Positions 36,918-46,546 of a DNA stretch of 64,000 bases are shown here, in pieces. Position numbers and translations under genes: made by a program. Location of the stretch: assembly GCA_964485855.1 (NCBI GenBank), contig CAZAKI010000004.1, forward strand, positions 2,343 through 66,342. The letters are read 5' to 3'. This DNA comes from an uncultured Syntrophomonadaceae bacterium. Lineage in GTDB: Bacteria > Bacillota > Dethiobacteria > DTU022. The notes beneath the pieces are model-generated. The model was not told the origin of the DNA. It did no database searches and saw only the letters and a list, made by a program, of their open reading frames with translations. Each line of letters opens with the position of its first letter. The first letter of the stretch is position 1.

Positions 36918-38156
36918 TTATTTGTTTTCGTAACGGACGATTTTATTTTCCCAGGTCCTAATCATGATGTAACCATCGCCACTACTGACCAGGTATTCAG
37001 GAAGCATTGGAGTCTTTCCACGTCCAAGCGGAGCATTGACCACAAAAGTCGGAACCGCCAGGCCGGAAGTGTAACCACGGAGTTTTTCCATGATTTCAAT
37101 CCCCTCTTCAACCCTGGTCCGAAAATGGGTAGTGCCCTTAACTGCCTTGGCATGAAAAATGTAATAGGGACGAACCATTATTTTTAAGAGCTCCTGATTC
37201 ATCTTTCTGAACACAAACGGATCATTATTAATGCCCTTTAATAACACCGACTGGTTACCAAGGCTTACCCCGGCCCGGGCTATTTTAAAACAGGCATCCC
37301 TGGCCCTGGGTGTTATCTCCTGGGGATGATTGAAATGGGTATTTACATATAAAGGCAAATGCTCAGAAAGGATTTGACAAAGCTCATCGTCAACCCTTTG
37401 CGGCAAGGTAACCGGAGTTCTTGTTCCAAAACGCTTAATTTCAACATGCGGTATATTGTCAAGTTCATCCAGCAACCAGGCTATTAACTTATTACTTAGC
37501 ATGAAACCATCCCCGCCAGTTAATAGAACATCGCGGATTTCTTTATTCTGATTGATATATTCGAGAGCCTCTTCCAGTTCAGCCCGGGGGGTGGTCAGAT
37601 CATGTTCGCCAATTGAACGTCTCCGCTGACAGTGACGGCAGTACATGGCGCACTGGTTGGTTACTTTAACAATCAGACGATCGGCATAGCGGCGAGTAAC
37701 AGCTGGCACCGGTGAAGTGTATTCCTCAGCCATTGGATCATCATAACCACCATGATCTATGTATTCATTGATCGTGGGGACACATTGCATCTTTACCGGA
37801 TCGTTTTTAACGGCTGGATCAATTAGGCTTAAATAATAAGGTGAAATCGCCCAGCGATACTTAGAACCTGTTTTTTCAATTTCTTCTGCTTCTTTCTTTT
37901 CAAGTGGTAAGAGCTCTTTTAAAACCGCAATGTCAGTGATTCTATTGCTTAAATGCCAGCGCCAATTGTCCCAGTCTTCATCGCTTGCTTTAAAATAGCT
38001 CTTAATCTTCTCCTTATTTTCCAAAATTTGTTTCCAGTTCTTAAAACCGGTGGGTATTTTTTTAGTTGCTTCCTGATAGTCTGCTATATTGCCTCTTAAA
38101 ACCTCGGCTCGAAAGAATGACTTCTGCTGCTTCTCATGTCGTGTTTCTTCGGCCAT
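36918..38156 (-). CDS. kamA: KamA-family radical SAM aminomutase (L-lysine 2,3-aminomutase-like)
   Basis: 412 aa with the KamA-type CxxxCxxC motif (CAMYCRHCQRRR), a PLP-binding region and a Zn-binding C-terminus. Confidence 0.8.
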   Translation of the reverse strand: MAEETRHEKQQKSFFRAEVLRGNIADYQEATKKIPTGFKNWKQILENKEKIKSYFKASDEDWDNWRWHLSNRITDIAVLKELLPLEKKEAEEIEKTGSKYRWAISPYYLSLIDPAVKNDPVKMQCVPTINEYIDHGGYDDPMAEEYTSPVPAVTRRYADRLIVKVTNQCAMYCRHCQRRRSIGEHDLTTPRAELEEALEYINQNKEIRDVLLTGGDGFMLSNKLIAWLLDELDNIPHVEIKRFGTRTPVTLPQRVDDELCQILSEHLPLYVNTHFNHPQEITPRARDACFKIARAGVSLGNQSVLLKGINNDPFVFRKMNQELLKIMVRPYYIFHAKAVKGTTHFRTRVEEGIEIMEKLRGYTSGLAVPTFVVNAPLGRGKTPMLPEYLVSSGDGYIMIRTWENKIVRYENK

Positions 38157-38237
38157 TGAAATTATTACCTCCTGACTTCTAGAGTTAATTTCCTTTATGT
38201 TATTAGTATACTAATAAGCATTTTTACTGTCAAAAAA

Positions 38238-38278
38238 AAGAAGGTTCCCGTAATCCCACTGGACCCGAAAACCTTCTT
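38238..38278 (-). terminator. Rho-independent terminator downstream of the secreted hypothetical protein gene
   Basis: AAGAAGGTT…AACCTTCTT long stem, with an 8-A run on the plus strand (a U-run on the minus-strand transcript). Confidence 0.6.
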
Positions 38279-38300
38279 TAACTACTTTTTCTTGTCTTAA

Positions 38301-38942
38301 TTAAGGCAGCATATCCCAAAAACCGGATTTATGTTTGCCGTCACGCATTTCAGTCGTATCCCAGACCTCGGCGTAGCCGTCAACCCGCATCTGATCTTTA
38401 AGATAACCGGGTATTTCGAGTAGTCTCTTGGTCGTTCCCCCGGTATTGCCAAAATGGTTGGTCATTTTCAGATATTTGCCTTCAGAACTCTGGCTTGAAA
38501 TAATGTCATGATTGATAAAACCAGTTTCACCGGGATCCATCTGGACACCCGTTGACATCTCGACCCCTTGCGCAGGCAGCTTGATAACTGACATAATTAA
38601 TAGTTTCTCATCTTCAGCAGCATCAAGTGCAGTGGTCCCGGTCATGTAAGCCTGAAGGGTTAAAGCTGTAATGCGGTAAACCTCTGCCGCTGGGTTACGT
38701 TTCTGATATTCAACCTCGTTAACGTACTGGCTGCCGCTGGCCGAACCTTTCCCATAAACGCCGAAGAAGGCGCTTCCACCGTGCAGATCAAAATTAATTG
38801 TTCTTTCATGAAAAATATCGCCGATGTACCTGAAATGCATGCTTGAATAACGGTAGCGACTGACTGCCGCCGTTACAGGCATAGCAAAGATCAGTATTAT
38901 CAATAAAGTTACAATAGCGGTGATCAAAACCTTTTTATTCAC
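38301..38942 (-). CDS. Hypothetical secreted protein (signal peptide, no recognisable domain)
   Basis: 213 aa with an N-terminal hydrophobic signal (…LIILIFAMPVTAAVS). No recognisable motifs. Confidence 0.45.
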   Translation of the reverse strand: MNKKVLITAIVTLLIILIFAMPVTAAVSRYRYSSMHFRYIGDIFHERTINFDLHGGSAFFGVYGKGSASGSQYVNEVEYQKRNPAAEVYRITALTLQAYMTGTTALDAAEDEKLLIMSVIKLPAQGVEMSTGVQMDPGETGFINHDIISSQSSEGKYLKMTNHFGNTGGTTKRLLEIPGYLKDQMRVDGYAEVWDTTEMRDGKHKSGFWDMLP

Positions 38943-39018
38943 TACTGTGGCACATCCTTTCCGGTGATAAGCACTGCTTTTTATTTACCTTAGGCATCAC
39001 TTCTCGCTTAATAAATAA

Positions 39019-39095
39019 TGGTCGGAGCGACTGGATTTGAACCAGCGACCTCTTGACCCCCAGTCAAGCGCGCTACCAAACTGCGCCACGCCCCG
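39019..39095 (-). tRNA. tRNA-Pro (anticodon GGG)
   Basis: Reverse complement CGGGGCGTGGCGCAGTTTGGTAGCGCGCTTGACTGGGGGTCAAGAGGTCGCTGGTTCAAATCCAGTCGCTCCGACCA folds as a cloverleaf with anticodon loop CTGGGGG. A TTGACT-17-TAAAAT promoter lies upstream at 39140-39170. Confidence 0.9.
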
Positions 39096-39201
39096 TTAAA
39101 ATTCATTTGCATTGATGCGCATAATTACTTCCTAATTTTAAAGCAAAGAGCTTGAAAAGTCAACGCAACGGGCCTAGCAAAATTATCGACTGAACTAGCG
39201 A

Positions 39202-40395
39202 TTATATCTTGAAATAACTGAACAACTGGCCAAAATTCAATCCGGCGATTATTTTATTGCTATTGCGGTTGTAAAGCTGGCGATTTCCTTCTTCGAGGTG
39301 ATAAGATTTAATGCCATGTGAAATTGACAAAAAGGTCTCAATATACGCTGCCAGCTGATCGCAGGCTCTGATAATTTCGCCGTCCAGGGGACTGTACTGA
39401 TCATGGTTATAATGATCACTAATCTCCTGGGAACTGACCTTAACTACCCGGTTATCCCGCATAATTTTTCCGGAGAACTCATTCTCGGTAAAATAACGCA
39501 GCTCCTGATGCCAGGTGGATGGCAGCAGGGGAAAAATGCGTTCCTCTAACTGACGATGTTCGATCTCTTTAATCAGCTCTTCAATACCCGCTACCGATCG
39601 TTTAACCGGTGATACGATGTCCCGGGTCAGCACTTCCGGTAAATCGTGAAAAAGACCGGCAAAATAATTGTTATAAAGGCGTTTTGGGCAGGCATCCAGC
39701 TCCAGAGAACAGAGATAGCTCATCATAGCCACGATTAGCATGTGCCCCATTACCGAAGTTTTTGGAACACGCGGTGACTGGGCCCAACGTTGTTGAAAAC
39801 GTAATTGACCTACCAGGTCGAGGAAATTGCCGGTCTTCTTGCCTAAAATCAGTTTCTGGACCCCAGCCAGATCATAGTGTTCCTCAATTTGATTGGCGAT
39901 TGTAGCCCTGGTCTCTTCCAGGCCGTAAAGACCTTCATTCAAACGATAGATTATGGAAAATTCCCAGTTAGTAGCCAGGTAGTGTGCGGCTTTCAGGATT
40001 CTTTTTTCCAAGGTGCTGCTTTCAGCTGTCTGATAGTAATCTTCCATTGCCGTGATCATTTCAATCTTTAGATCTGCAACCCGTTCTTTTAACTGTTCAA
40101 TGACCCATCGATTCAGTTGCTCTCCTTTTTCAGCCATTAGTTTGTAATATACTGGGGGCTTGATGTCAGTTAAGACGATGCGATGCAAAAATTCAAACAG
40201 CCCACCTTCGATTAGCTGCGGCCAATTAATTTGGGCACCGCGGTCAGCTTGCTCGATCTTAGCCAACACATAAGCATAAAACATTTTATGAGACTGCTTA
40301 TCAAGTTCGGTAAAGTGCTCGGGCCGAATATGATCATTCCATCGCTGGATACTTGCCGCTTCAAAAAGCAGCTCCAACAGTTCTTTTCTGATCAC
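39202..40395 (-). CDS. HD-domain phosphohydrolase: YfbR-like 5'-deoxynucleotidase domain with a long, partly HD-like N-terminal extension
   Basis: 397 aa. The C-terminal HD motif FHDLPEVLTRDIVSPVK matches YfbR HDASEVLTGDLPTPVK. The N-terminal RWNDH…DKQSHKM resembles a degenerate first half of an HD domain. Confidence 0.6.
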   Translation of the reverse strand: MIRKELLELLFEAASIQRWNDHIRPEHFTELDKQSHKMFYAYVLAKIEQADRGAQINWPQLIEGGLFEFLHRIVLTDIKPPVYYKLMAEKGEQLNRWVIEQLKERVADLKIEMITAMEDYYQTAESSTLEKRILKAAHYLATNWEFSIIYRLNEGLYGLEETRATIANQIEEHYDLAGVQKLILGKKTGNFLDLVGQLRFQQRWAQSPRVPKTSVMGHMLIVAMMSYLCSLELDACPKRLYNNYFAGLFHDLPEVLTRDIVSPVKRSVAGIEELIKEIEHRQLEERIFPLLPSTWHQELRYFTENEFSGKIMRDNRVVKVSSQEISDHYNHDQYSPLDGEIIRACDQLAAYIETFLSISHGIKSYHLEEGNRQLYNRNSNKIIAGLNFGQLFSYFKI

Positions 40396-40420
40396 CTTTA
40401 TTCACCCTCTCTGATGCAAT

Positions 40421-41023
40421 TTAGGGCTGCTGCTTTCGGCGAAGATTAAGCTTTGATTCGGTTCCGTTTAGCAAACGTTTGATATTGGCATGATGGCGAG
40501 CAATGATTAAGAACGCTGCAGCTAAACCAAAATAGATATAAACCGGATCAAAACCAAAAATCCAAAAATATAACGGCAACAGTAATGAACCGGTTATTGA
40601 TGCCAGCGAAACATACCCGGTAAATCCCAAGATCAACGCCGCAGAGGCGAACAGGGCAAGCGTTACTCCTACTGAGATCGCCAGCAATACTCCAATCGCC
40701 GTAGCCGCAGCCTTACCTCCTTTAAAACCGATAAAAACCGGAAAACTATGGCCAAGCATGGCCAACAATCCTGCAGCCAACTGCAAAATTGGCTGGCCGC
40801 CAGCCACCCTGGCTATGGAGACAGCGGCAAACCCTTTAAGCAGATCCAAGATAAAGACCGGTAAAGCCACCTTCCAGCCCATTATTCTTAGAATATTTGT
40901 TGCCCCGATATTACCACTGCCGTGTTCACGAATGTCAGTTTTGCCAATCAGTTTGCCAAAAATATAGCCAAAAGGAATTGATCCTAAAAGATAAGCAATC
41001 ATTAATATCATTAAATCCATCAA
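40421..41023 (-). CDS. plsY: Glycerol-3-phosphate acyltransferase PlsY
   Basis: 200 aa. LLGSIPFGYIFGKL…HGSGNIGATN is the PlsY signature. Confidence 0.9.
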   Translation of the reverse strand: MMDLMILMIAYLLGSIPFGYIFGKLIGKTDIREHGSGNIGATNILRIMGWKVALPVFILDLLKGFAAVSIARVAGGQPILQLAAGLLAMLGHSFPVFIGFKGGKAAATAIGVLLAISVGVTLALFASAALILGFTGYVSLASITGSLLLPLYFWIFGFDPVYIYFGLAAAFLIIARHHANIKRLLNGTESKLNLRRKQQP

Positions 41024-42351
41024 CTGAAAGCCCTCCGCTCTCTTTTTTTAAACTTAATCCGGATTGGTGTGCCTGTGAAGCCAAATGACTCACGAATACG
41101 GTTCTCGAGGTAACGCATGTACGAAAAATGAATTAATTCCGGTTCATTGGCAAAAAAAACAAAACTGGGCGGTTTGACAGCAGGTTGCGTCACATAATAG
41201 ATCCGGACTCGTTTACCTTTTACTGTTGCTGGGGGATTAACGGCAATCGCATCCTCGAGCAGCTCATTTAATAGTGAGGTTGAAATACGCTTGTGCAGCT
41301 CCTGCCAGGTTTGAAGAATTAAAGGGTAGATTTTTTGTAACCGCCAGCCGGTTAAAGCGGAAATAAATACTACTTGAGCATAAGGCACAAAGCTAAATTG
41401 GCGTTTTAAGTTAATAATAAAATCAGCACGGGCATTTTCAGCGTCCCGTACCAAATCCCACTTATTAATTACCAGGATTAAGCCGCGACCAGTCTGGTCC
41501 ACATATCCGGCCAGTCTTTGGTCCTGTTCGGTTATTCCGTCTAGAGCATCGATTAAAAGCAGCGCCAGATCCGCTCGCTGAACCGCTTTAAGCGATCGGA
41601 GGACACTATAGTATTCAACAGATTCCCTGACTTTACTTTTACGCCGCATTCCTGCGGTATCGATCAAAAGGTACGGCTGTTGATCATACGAATAGAAAGT
41701 ATCAATAGCGTCTCTGGTTGTACCCGGAATATCGCTGACGATCACTCTTTCTTCGCCCAACATTTTATTAATTAACGAAGATTTACCAACATTAGGACGT
41801 CCAATCACAGCAACCTTGACCGCATCAGGCAAATAATCTTCTGCTGCTTGAATTTTCGGATCCAGTTTGCTACTGATTAGATCAAGCAGTTCTCCTGTTC
41901 CCTTACCGTGAACTGCTGATAAAGGAAGAGGATCGCCAAAACCGAGACCGTAAAAATTGTACTTCATACTATCCTGTTCGAACTGATCGATCTTATTGAC
42001 AACCGGGATAACCTCTTTACCACTTCTCCTCAGCATAGCGCTGATTTCTTCATCTAAGGCGGTAAGCCCCTCTCGACCGTCCACGAGAAAAATAATTAGG
42101 GTTGCCTCTTCGATCGCCAGTTGGACCTGGTTTCTAACCAGGGTGGAAATCTGATCAACACGGCCAAACGTTATACCACCGGTATCAACTATAATCAGGC
42201 TTTTACCATTCCATTCAGTCTGACCATATAGCCTGTCCCGGGTTACACCAGGAACCTTTTCTTCAATCGCCGTTCTGGCTGTAGTCAACCGATTGAAAAG
42301 TGTTGACTTACCAACATTGGGGCGTCCCACAATGGCAACAATATTATTCAA
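41020..42351 (-). CDS. der: Ribosome-biogenesis GTPase Der (EngA), tandem GTPase domains plus KH-like domain
   Basis: 443 aa with two G1 motifs (GRPNVGKS) and typical Der architecture. Confidence 0.9.
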   Translation of the reverse strand: MNNIVAIVGRPNVGKSTLFNRLTTARTAIEEKVPGVTRDRLYGQTEWNGKSLIIVDTGGITFGRVDQISTLVRNQVQLAIEEATLIIFLVDGREGLTALDEEISAMLRRSGKEVIPVVNKIDQFEQDSMKYNFYGLGFGDPLPLSAVHGKGTGELLDLISSKLDPKIQAAEDYLPDAVKVAVIGRPNVGKSSLINKMLGEERVIVSDIPGTTRDAIDTFYSYDQQPYLLIDTAGMRRKSKVRESVEYYSVLRSLKAVQRADLALLLIDALDGITEQDQRLAGYVDQTGRGLILVINKWDLVRDAENARADFIINLKRQFSFVPYAQVVFISALTGWRLQKIYPLILQTWQELHKRISTSLLNELLEDAIAVNPPATVKGKRVRIYYVTQPAVKPPSFVFFANEPELIHFSYMRYLENRIRESFGFTGTPIRIKFKKRERRAFS

Positions 42352-42369
42352 GTTTATCTCCCCGGACTT

Positions 42370-43722
42370 TTAATTTTCTTCTCTATTCTTTAGAATAGTC
42401 TCCAATTTTTCTAACAAATCAAGCGGTCCTTCAACCGCCTTAACCGGCACTCCCAGTTTTGTTTCCAGTTCATTTAAGCTAAGATTATCCAGGAAAAGAT
42501 CTCCGCCATTCCTTAGAAGGTTATTCGCGATGAAGATTAAATCTCCCTTCTCCCTTTCTTCAAGCGATCTGATCAGATCGCTGCCGGTTAGCAAGCCTGA
42601 AACGGTAACATCCTGTCCAAAAAAGTTATTTTCAATAATGAGCAGGTCAGTGCTTAAATCTTTAATTCCGGATAGATAGATTTTCAAACCGGACAGTAGA
42701 CTTGCAGCTGCTTTTCCACCTACCAAAATCACTTTAAACCCTTTACCGCTGACTTGTGGGTTTCGCTGTTTTAACTCGGCCAGCTGATTGAGAAACAGCC
42801 TGGCCATCCCAACTCCGTTTTCCAGCTGTGGGTAATCCTCATAATGATCATTTTCGGGGTAAGGCAAACCGGCTAGATTATAGAACTCATCTGCCAAAAA
42901 AACAAAACGACTTTTGCGGGTTTGTAAAAACTGATCCTGGATCAAACCAATCTCATTGACCAGATCAAAAGCTTCAACTTTAGAAAATTTTTTAATTGCA
43001 TAAAGACCTTGGCGATAATCGGTCAAGCCCACTGGAACCAGGGCGACACTGATCAGACTGTTACCTAGCCGATCAAGAGTGTTTAATGTTTCCTCCAGCT
43101 CCTTACCGGTATTGATGCCCGGACAAAGCACAATTTGAACATGCATTTTTATACCGGCAGTACATAAAGTATAAAAATTATTCAAACCTTTAACCGCAAG
43201 CTTATTACCAAACATTTTTACTCTTAATTGGGGATTAGTTGTATGCAGTGAGATATAAAGAGGGCTAAGTTGCAACTTAATAATTCTTTTCATTTCCCCG
43301 GTTGAAAGTCGGTTTAAAGTAATGAAGTTTCCGTAGAGAAAAGATAACCGGTAATCATCATCTTTAACATACAAGGCATTGCGCATACCGTCAGGATTTT
43401 GATCAATAAAACAGAAGATACAGCGGTTCGGACAAAGTTTCAGCTGATCGATGGTTATCGGATCAAAACGCAGTCCTAAACTGGTTTCCGGTTTTTTGAT
43501 AATTTTTTTACGGATCAATTTTCCCTGATCAGTTTTAAGCAACAAATTCAAACGTTGATCGGCTTCAAGAATTTTAAAATCGATAATGTCCCCAATCTTT
43601 TGACCGCCTAAACGCATCAGTCGCCAACCGGCTTTGATGCCGACCTTTGCAGCGGGTGAGTCGGGAACAACATTATCGATCAGGTGTCCTTTTTCCAAAA
43701 CATAATTTATAGCCATACGCAA
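42370..43722 (-). CDS. DUF512-family protein (PDZ + radical-SAM-like domain) commonly upstream of der in Clostridia
   Basis: 450 aa with an N-terminal PDZ-like segment and a CPNRCIFCF Cys motif. Confidence 0.7.
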   Translation of the reverse strand: MRMAINYVLEKGHLIDNVVPDSPAAKVGIKAGWRLMRLGGQKIGDIIDFKILEADQRLNLLLKTDQGKLIRKKIIKKPETSLGLRFDPITIDQLKLCPNRCIFCFIDQNPDGMRNALYVKDDDYRLSFLYGNFITLNRLSTGEMKRIIKLQLSPLYISLHTTNPQLRVKMFGNKLAVKGLNNFYTLCTAGIKMHVQIVLCPGINTGKELEETLNTLDRLGNSLISVALVPVGLTDYRQGLYAIKKFSKVEAFDLVNEIGLIQDQFLQTRKSRFVFLADEFYNLAGLPYPENDHYEDYPQLENGVGMARLFLNQLAELKQRNPQVSGKGFKVILVGGKAAASLLSGLKIYLSGIKDLSTDLLIIENNFFGQDVTVSGLLTGSDLIRSLEEREKGDLIFIANNLLRNGGDLFLDNLSLNELETKLGVPVKAVEGPLDLLEKLETILKNREEN

Positions 43723-43737
43723 ATTTTCCTTAAGAAT

Positions 43738-43761
43738 GAGGGGCGAAAACTAATTCGCCCC
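43738..43761 (-). terminator. Candidate terminator hairpin downstream of the ispH/S1 gene (GGGGCGAAaactaaTTCGCCCC)
   Basis: Perfect 8-bp GC-rich stem, but the U-tract on the minus strand is weak. Confidence 0.45.
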
Positions 43762-43855
43762 CGGTCTTTAATAGTCTGTGTTCGATCAGCATGACAAAAG
43801 TTTTACTTTTAGCTGGAAACCATTTAATCGAAAATTCTTCTTTATTCGGTTATAT

Positions 43856-45925
43856 CTAATTATTCTTTTCAGCTTCTGTCACTTCTGCATTAGGTTCTTC
43901 AGCCGGCTCAACCAGCTCTTCTGAATCAGCCGGATAATCTCCGTTCTCAAAAAGATCACCGAAAACATCACCTAAAGTAACATTACCGTTTTCCGACCCA
44001 TTAAAATCAGCAGCATTTCCGGCATAGGCAATACCACCGGCTTCTTTGATGCTGAGGCTGATTCGCTTGTTTTTCGCTTTAATTTCGATTACTTTTACTT
44101 CAACTTCTTCACCCTCCTGTAAAACTTCAGAAGGATGCTTGACATGAAAATCAGCCAACTGTGATATATGAGCCAAACCTTCCACTCCGGGTTTTAATTC
44201 AACAAAGGCACCAAAATTTGCCAGTCTGGTCACTTTACCTTTAATAATTTGTCCGCTTTCCAACCCTTCAATAGCTTTAAGCCAGGGATCAGGAAGGGTT
44301 TTCCGGATGCTCAGGCTGATTCGTTCTTTTTCCGGTTGGACTTCCAGCACTTCGACCTCGACCTGTTCTCCTACTTTTAGAGCTTCACCAGGATGCTTAA
44401 TCCTTCCCCAGGCAATCTCGGATACATGAACGAGGCCGTCTATCCCGCCGATATCAACAAAAGCCCCAAAGTTAGTTAATCTTTTAACTTTACCGCTGAT
44501 TACCGAGCCGGTTTCGATGGCTTTTAAAGTTTCCTCCTTCTTCTTCGCTTCTTCTTCAGCAACTATTGCCTTACGACTCAGAATCATTTTGCCTTTTTCC
44601 CGGTCGAATTCAATTAATTTAAACTGAAGCGGTTGTTCTTTAAAAACATTGAAATCCGGAATGTAAGCTGTATCAACCAGCGAGCCAGGCATAAAGCCTT
44701 CCACCCCTGAACCGAGATCAATAACCAACCCGGCCCCGACAACCTGTTTTACTTTTCCTTCAATCATCAATGATTCATCATGAGCTTCTTCCAGTTCACG
44801 CATCCGCTTTTCACGGGCCAACCGTTTATGTGAAACGACTACTTTCCCCTCTTGATCTTCATTCTCCAGAACGGTAACCTCGATGACGTCTTCCGGAACA
44901 AAAAGATCGGCTAAAGTTTTACCTTCAGCTAAATGCACCTCGTCACTGGGAAGAATAGCCTCGGTTTTACTGCCAATATCAACAAAAACTTCATCCGCGG
45001 TGACCCTGGCTACCTTTCCGGTAACCTGTTCTCCAACCAGTGCCACCTTCACTTCACCATCAAATTGAAACAACTCGTCATTCTTTACTTCTGCGTTCTC
45101 ATTTTCCATACTTTCCACAACCTCCTTGATCGTCCATGGGGGAGTTGAGGCACCGGCGGTAACACCAATAACCCCGTAGCTCTTAATAAAAGAATGTTTC
45201 AACTCCCTTGCACTATTTACCCGGCAAGCTGGTTTCAGCTTCCGGCATCTATCGAAAAGGGTTTTCGTATTTGCGCTTGTCTCACTGCCAACAACAATAA
45301 ACGCATCAACCCTTTCAGCCATTTTTACAACTTCATCCTGCCTTAGTTTGGTCTCCGGACAAATTGTATTATAAACCAAACCCTCATGATTTGCATCCCG
45401 AAAGATAGTTTCAGCCTGCCTGAACTGTTCGGCATTACAAGTGGTCTGGGCAATCAACGCTGCAGGCTGTTCAGTAATCATGGCCGCGAGCTGTTCGGTT
45501 GAAGATGCAACTTGCGCCCTGCCGCCGGCCCAGCCTAATAACCCTTTTACTTCCGGGTGATCCGGGTTGCCAAAGATGATTATATTATAACCATCAGCAG
45601 CTAACTGGGCAGCAGTCTGCTGAACTTTTTTAACCCTGGGACAAGTTAGATCGATTACTTTTAGATTGGGAATCTGCTTTAAGTTCTCGATTAAGCCAGG
45701 GGTTGCTCCATGGGTCCTGATTGCCAAAAAAGAGCCTTCTACGTTATCAGGATGTTCCACGGTTTTTACCGCATGTTTTTCCAGGTAGCGCCCAACCGCT
45801 TCATTATGCACCAGAGGGCCAAGAACAGATCCACTGCCGCTAAGAGCCGCTTCTTCCAAGACAGCCTCGAGCGCCTTTTGTACCCCGGAACAAAAACCGG
45901 CATGCTTGGCATTGACTATTTTCAA
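43856..45925 (-). CDS. ispH: Bifunctional 4-hydroxy-3-methylbut-2-enyl diphosphate reductase (IspH/LytB) fused to ribosomal protein S1 domains
   Basis: 689 aa. The N-terminal 280 aa are IspH (HAGFCSGVQKA…, with three conserved Cys). The C-terminal part is four S1 repeats. This fusion is common in Clostridia. Confidence 0.9.
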   Translation of the reverse strand: MKIVNAKHAGFCSGVQKALEAVLEEAALSGSGSVLGPLVHNEAVGRYLEKHAVKTVEHPDNVEGSFLAIRTHGATPGLIENLKQIPNLKVIDLTCPRVKKVQQTAAQLAADGYNIIIFGNPDHPEVKGLLGWAGGRAQVASSTEQLAAMITEQPAALIAQTTCNAEQFRQAETIFRDANHEGLVYNTICPETKLRQDEVVKMAERVDAFIVVGSETSANTKTLFDRCRKLKPACRVNSARELKHSFIKSYGVIGVTAGASTPPWTIKEVVESMENENAEVKNDELFQFDGEVKVALVGEQVTGKVARVTADEVFVDIGSKTEAILPSDEVHLAEGKTLADLFVPEDVIEVTVLENEDQEGKVVVSHKRLAREKRMRELEEAHDESLMIEGKVKQVVGAGLVIDLGSGVEGFMPGSLVDTAYIPDFNVFKEQPLQFKLIEFDREKGKMILSRKAIVAEEEAKKKEETLKAIETGSVISGKVKRLTNFGAFVDIGGIDGLVHVSEIAWGRIKHPGEALKVGEQVEVEVLEVQPEKERISLSIRKTLPDPWLKAIEGLESGQIIKGKVTRLANFGAFVELKPGVEGLAHISQLADFHVKHPSEVLQEGEEVEVKVIEIKAKNKRISLSIKEAGGIAYAGNAADFNGSENGNVTLGDVFGDLFENGDYPADSEELVEPAEEPNAEVTEAEKNN

Positions 45926-45926
45926 T

Positions 45927-46526
45927 TTATAATTGCCCCGGTAGCATCCTGCTGATATTATTCATAATCAAATAACTCATTTCTTCAAGTTGCTCTTTCT
46001 TTTCTGTTTTTTGTTCATAAACCAATGGAGGCAGAGTAAAAGGTTTTCCAATATAGACTTTTAGCGGTCTGAATAAGCGGTATGGACCCTCAATTGCAAC
46101 AGGCAAAATCGGAACCCCGCTGCGCACGGCAATTAAAGCCGCACCGTTAAATGCTTTGCGCAGCGCTCCACTTTTACTGCGTGTACCCTCCGGGAAAATA
46201 CCAAGGACTTTTTCTTCCTTTAAAATCGTGTATGCCCTTTTAACTGCATAAAGATCCGTTTCCTGCCGGTTAACTGGAAAAGCGCCTACCATCAAGAGTA
46301 GCTTTTTTAGAATGATATTCTCAAAAAGTTCTTTTTTAGCCATGTAATAAATATGATACTTCACAGGAATGGCCGCCCCGACTGCCATCGGATCCAGCAT
46401 GCTGATGTGGTTAGCGCAGATAATAAAAGGTTTCCGGGCCGGAATATTGTCCCTGCCCCGGATCCTTAATAAGAAAAATAGTTTTAAAATAATTAGAAAT
46501 ACAAAACGGCCTATAATGTAAAGCAT
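45927..46526 (-). CDS. plsC: 1-acyl-sn-glycerol-3-phosphate acyltransferase
   Basis: 199 aa with the HxxxxD motif (NHISMLD) and the PEGTR motif. Confidence 0.85.
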   Translation of the reverse strand: MLYIIGRFVFLIILKLFFLLRIRGRDNIPARKPFIICANHISMLDPMAVGAAIPVKYHIYYMAKKELFENIILKKLLLMVGAFPVNRQETDLYAVKRAYTILKEEKVLGIFPEGTRSKSGALRKAFNGAALIAVRSGVPILPVAIEGPYRLFRPLKVYIGKPFTLPPLVYEQKTEKKEQLEEMSYLIMNNISRMLPGQL

Positions 46527-46546
46527 CTTTCACCTTGCTTCCAAAA

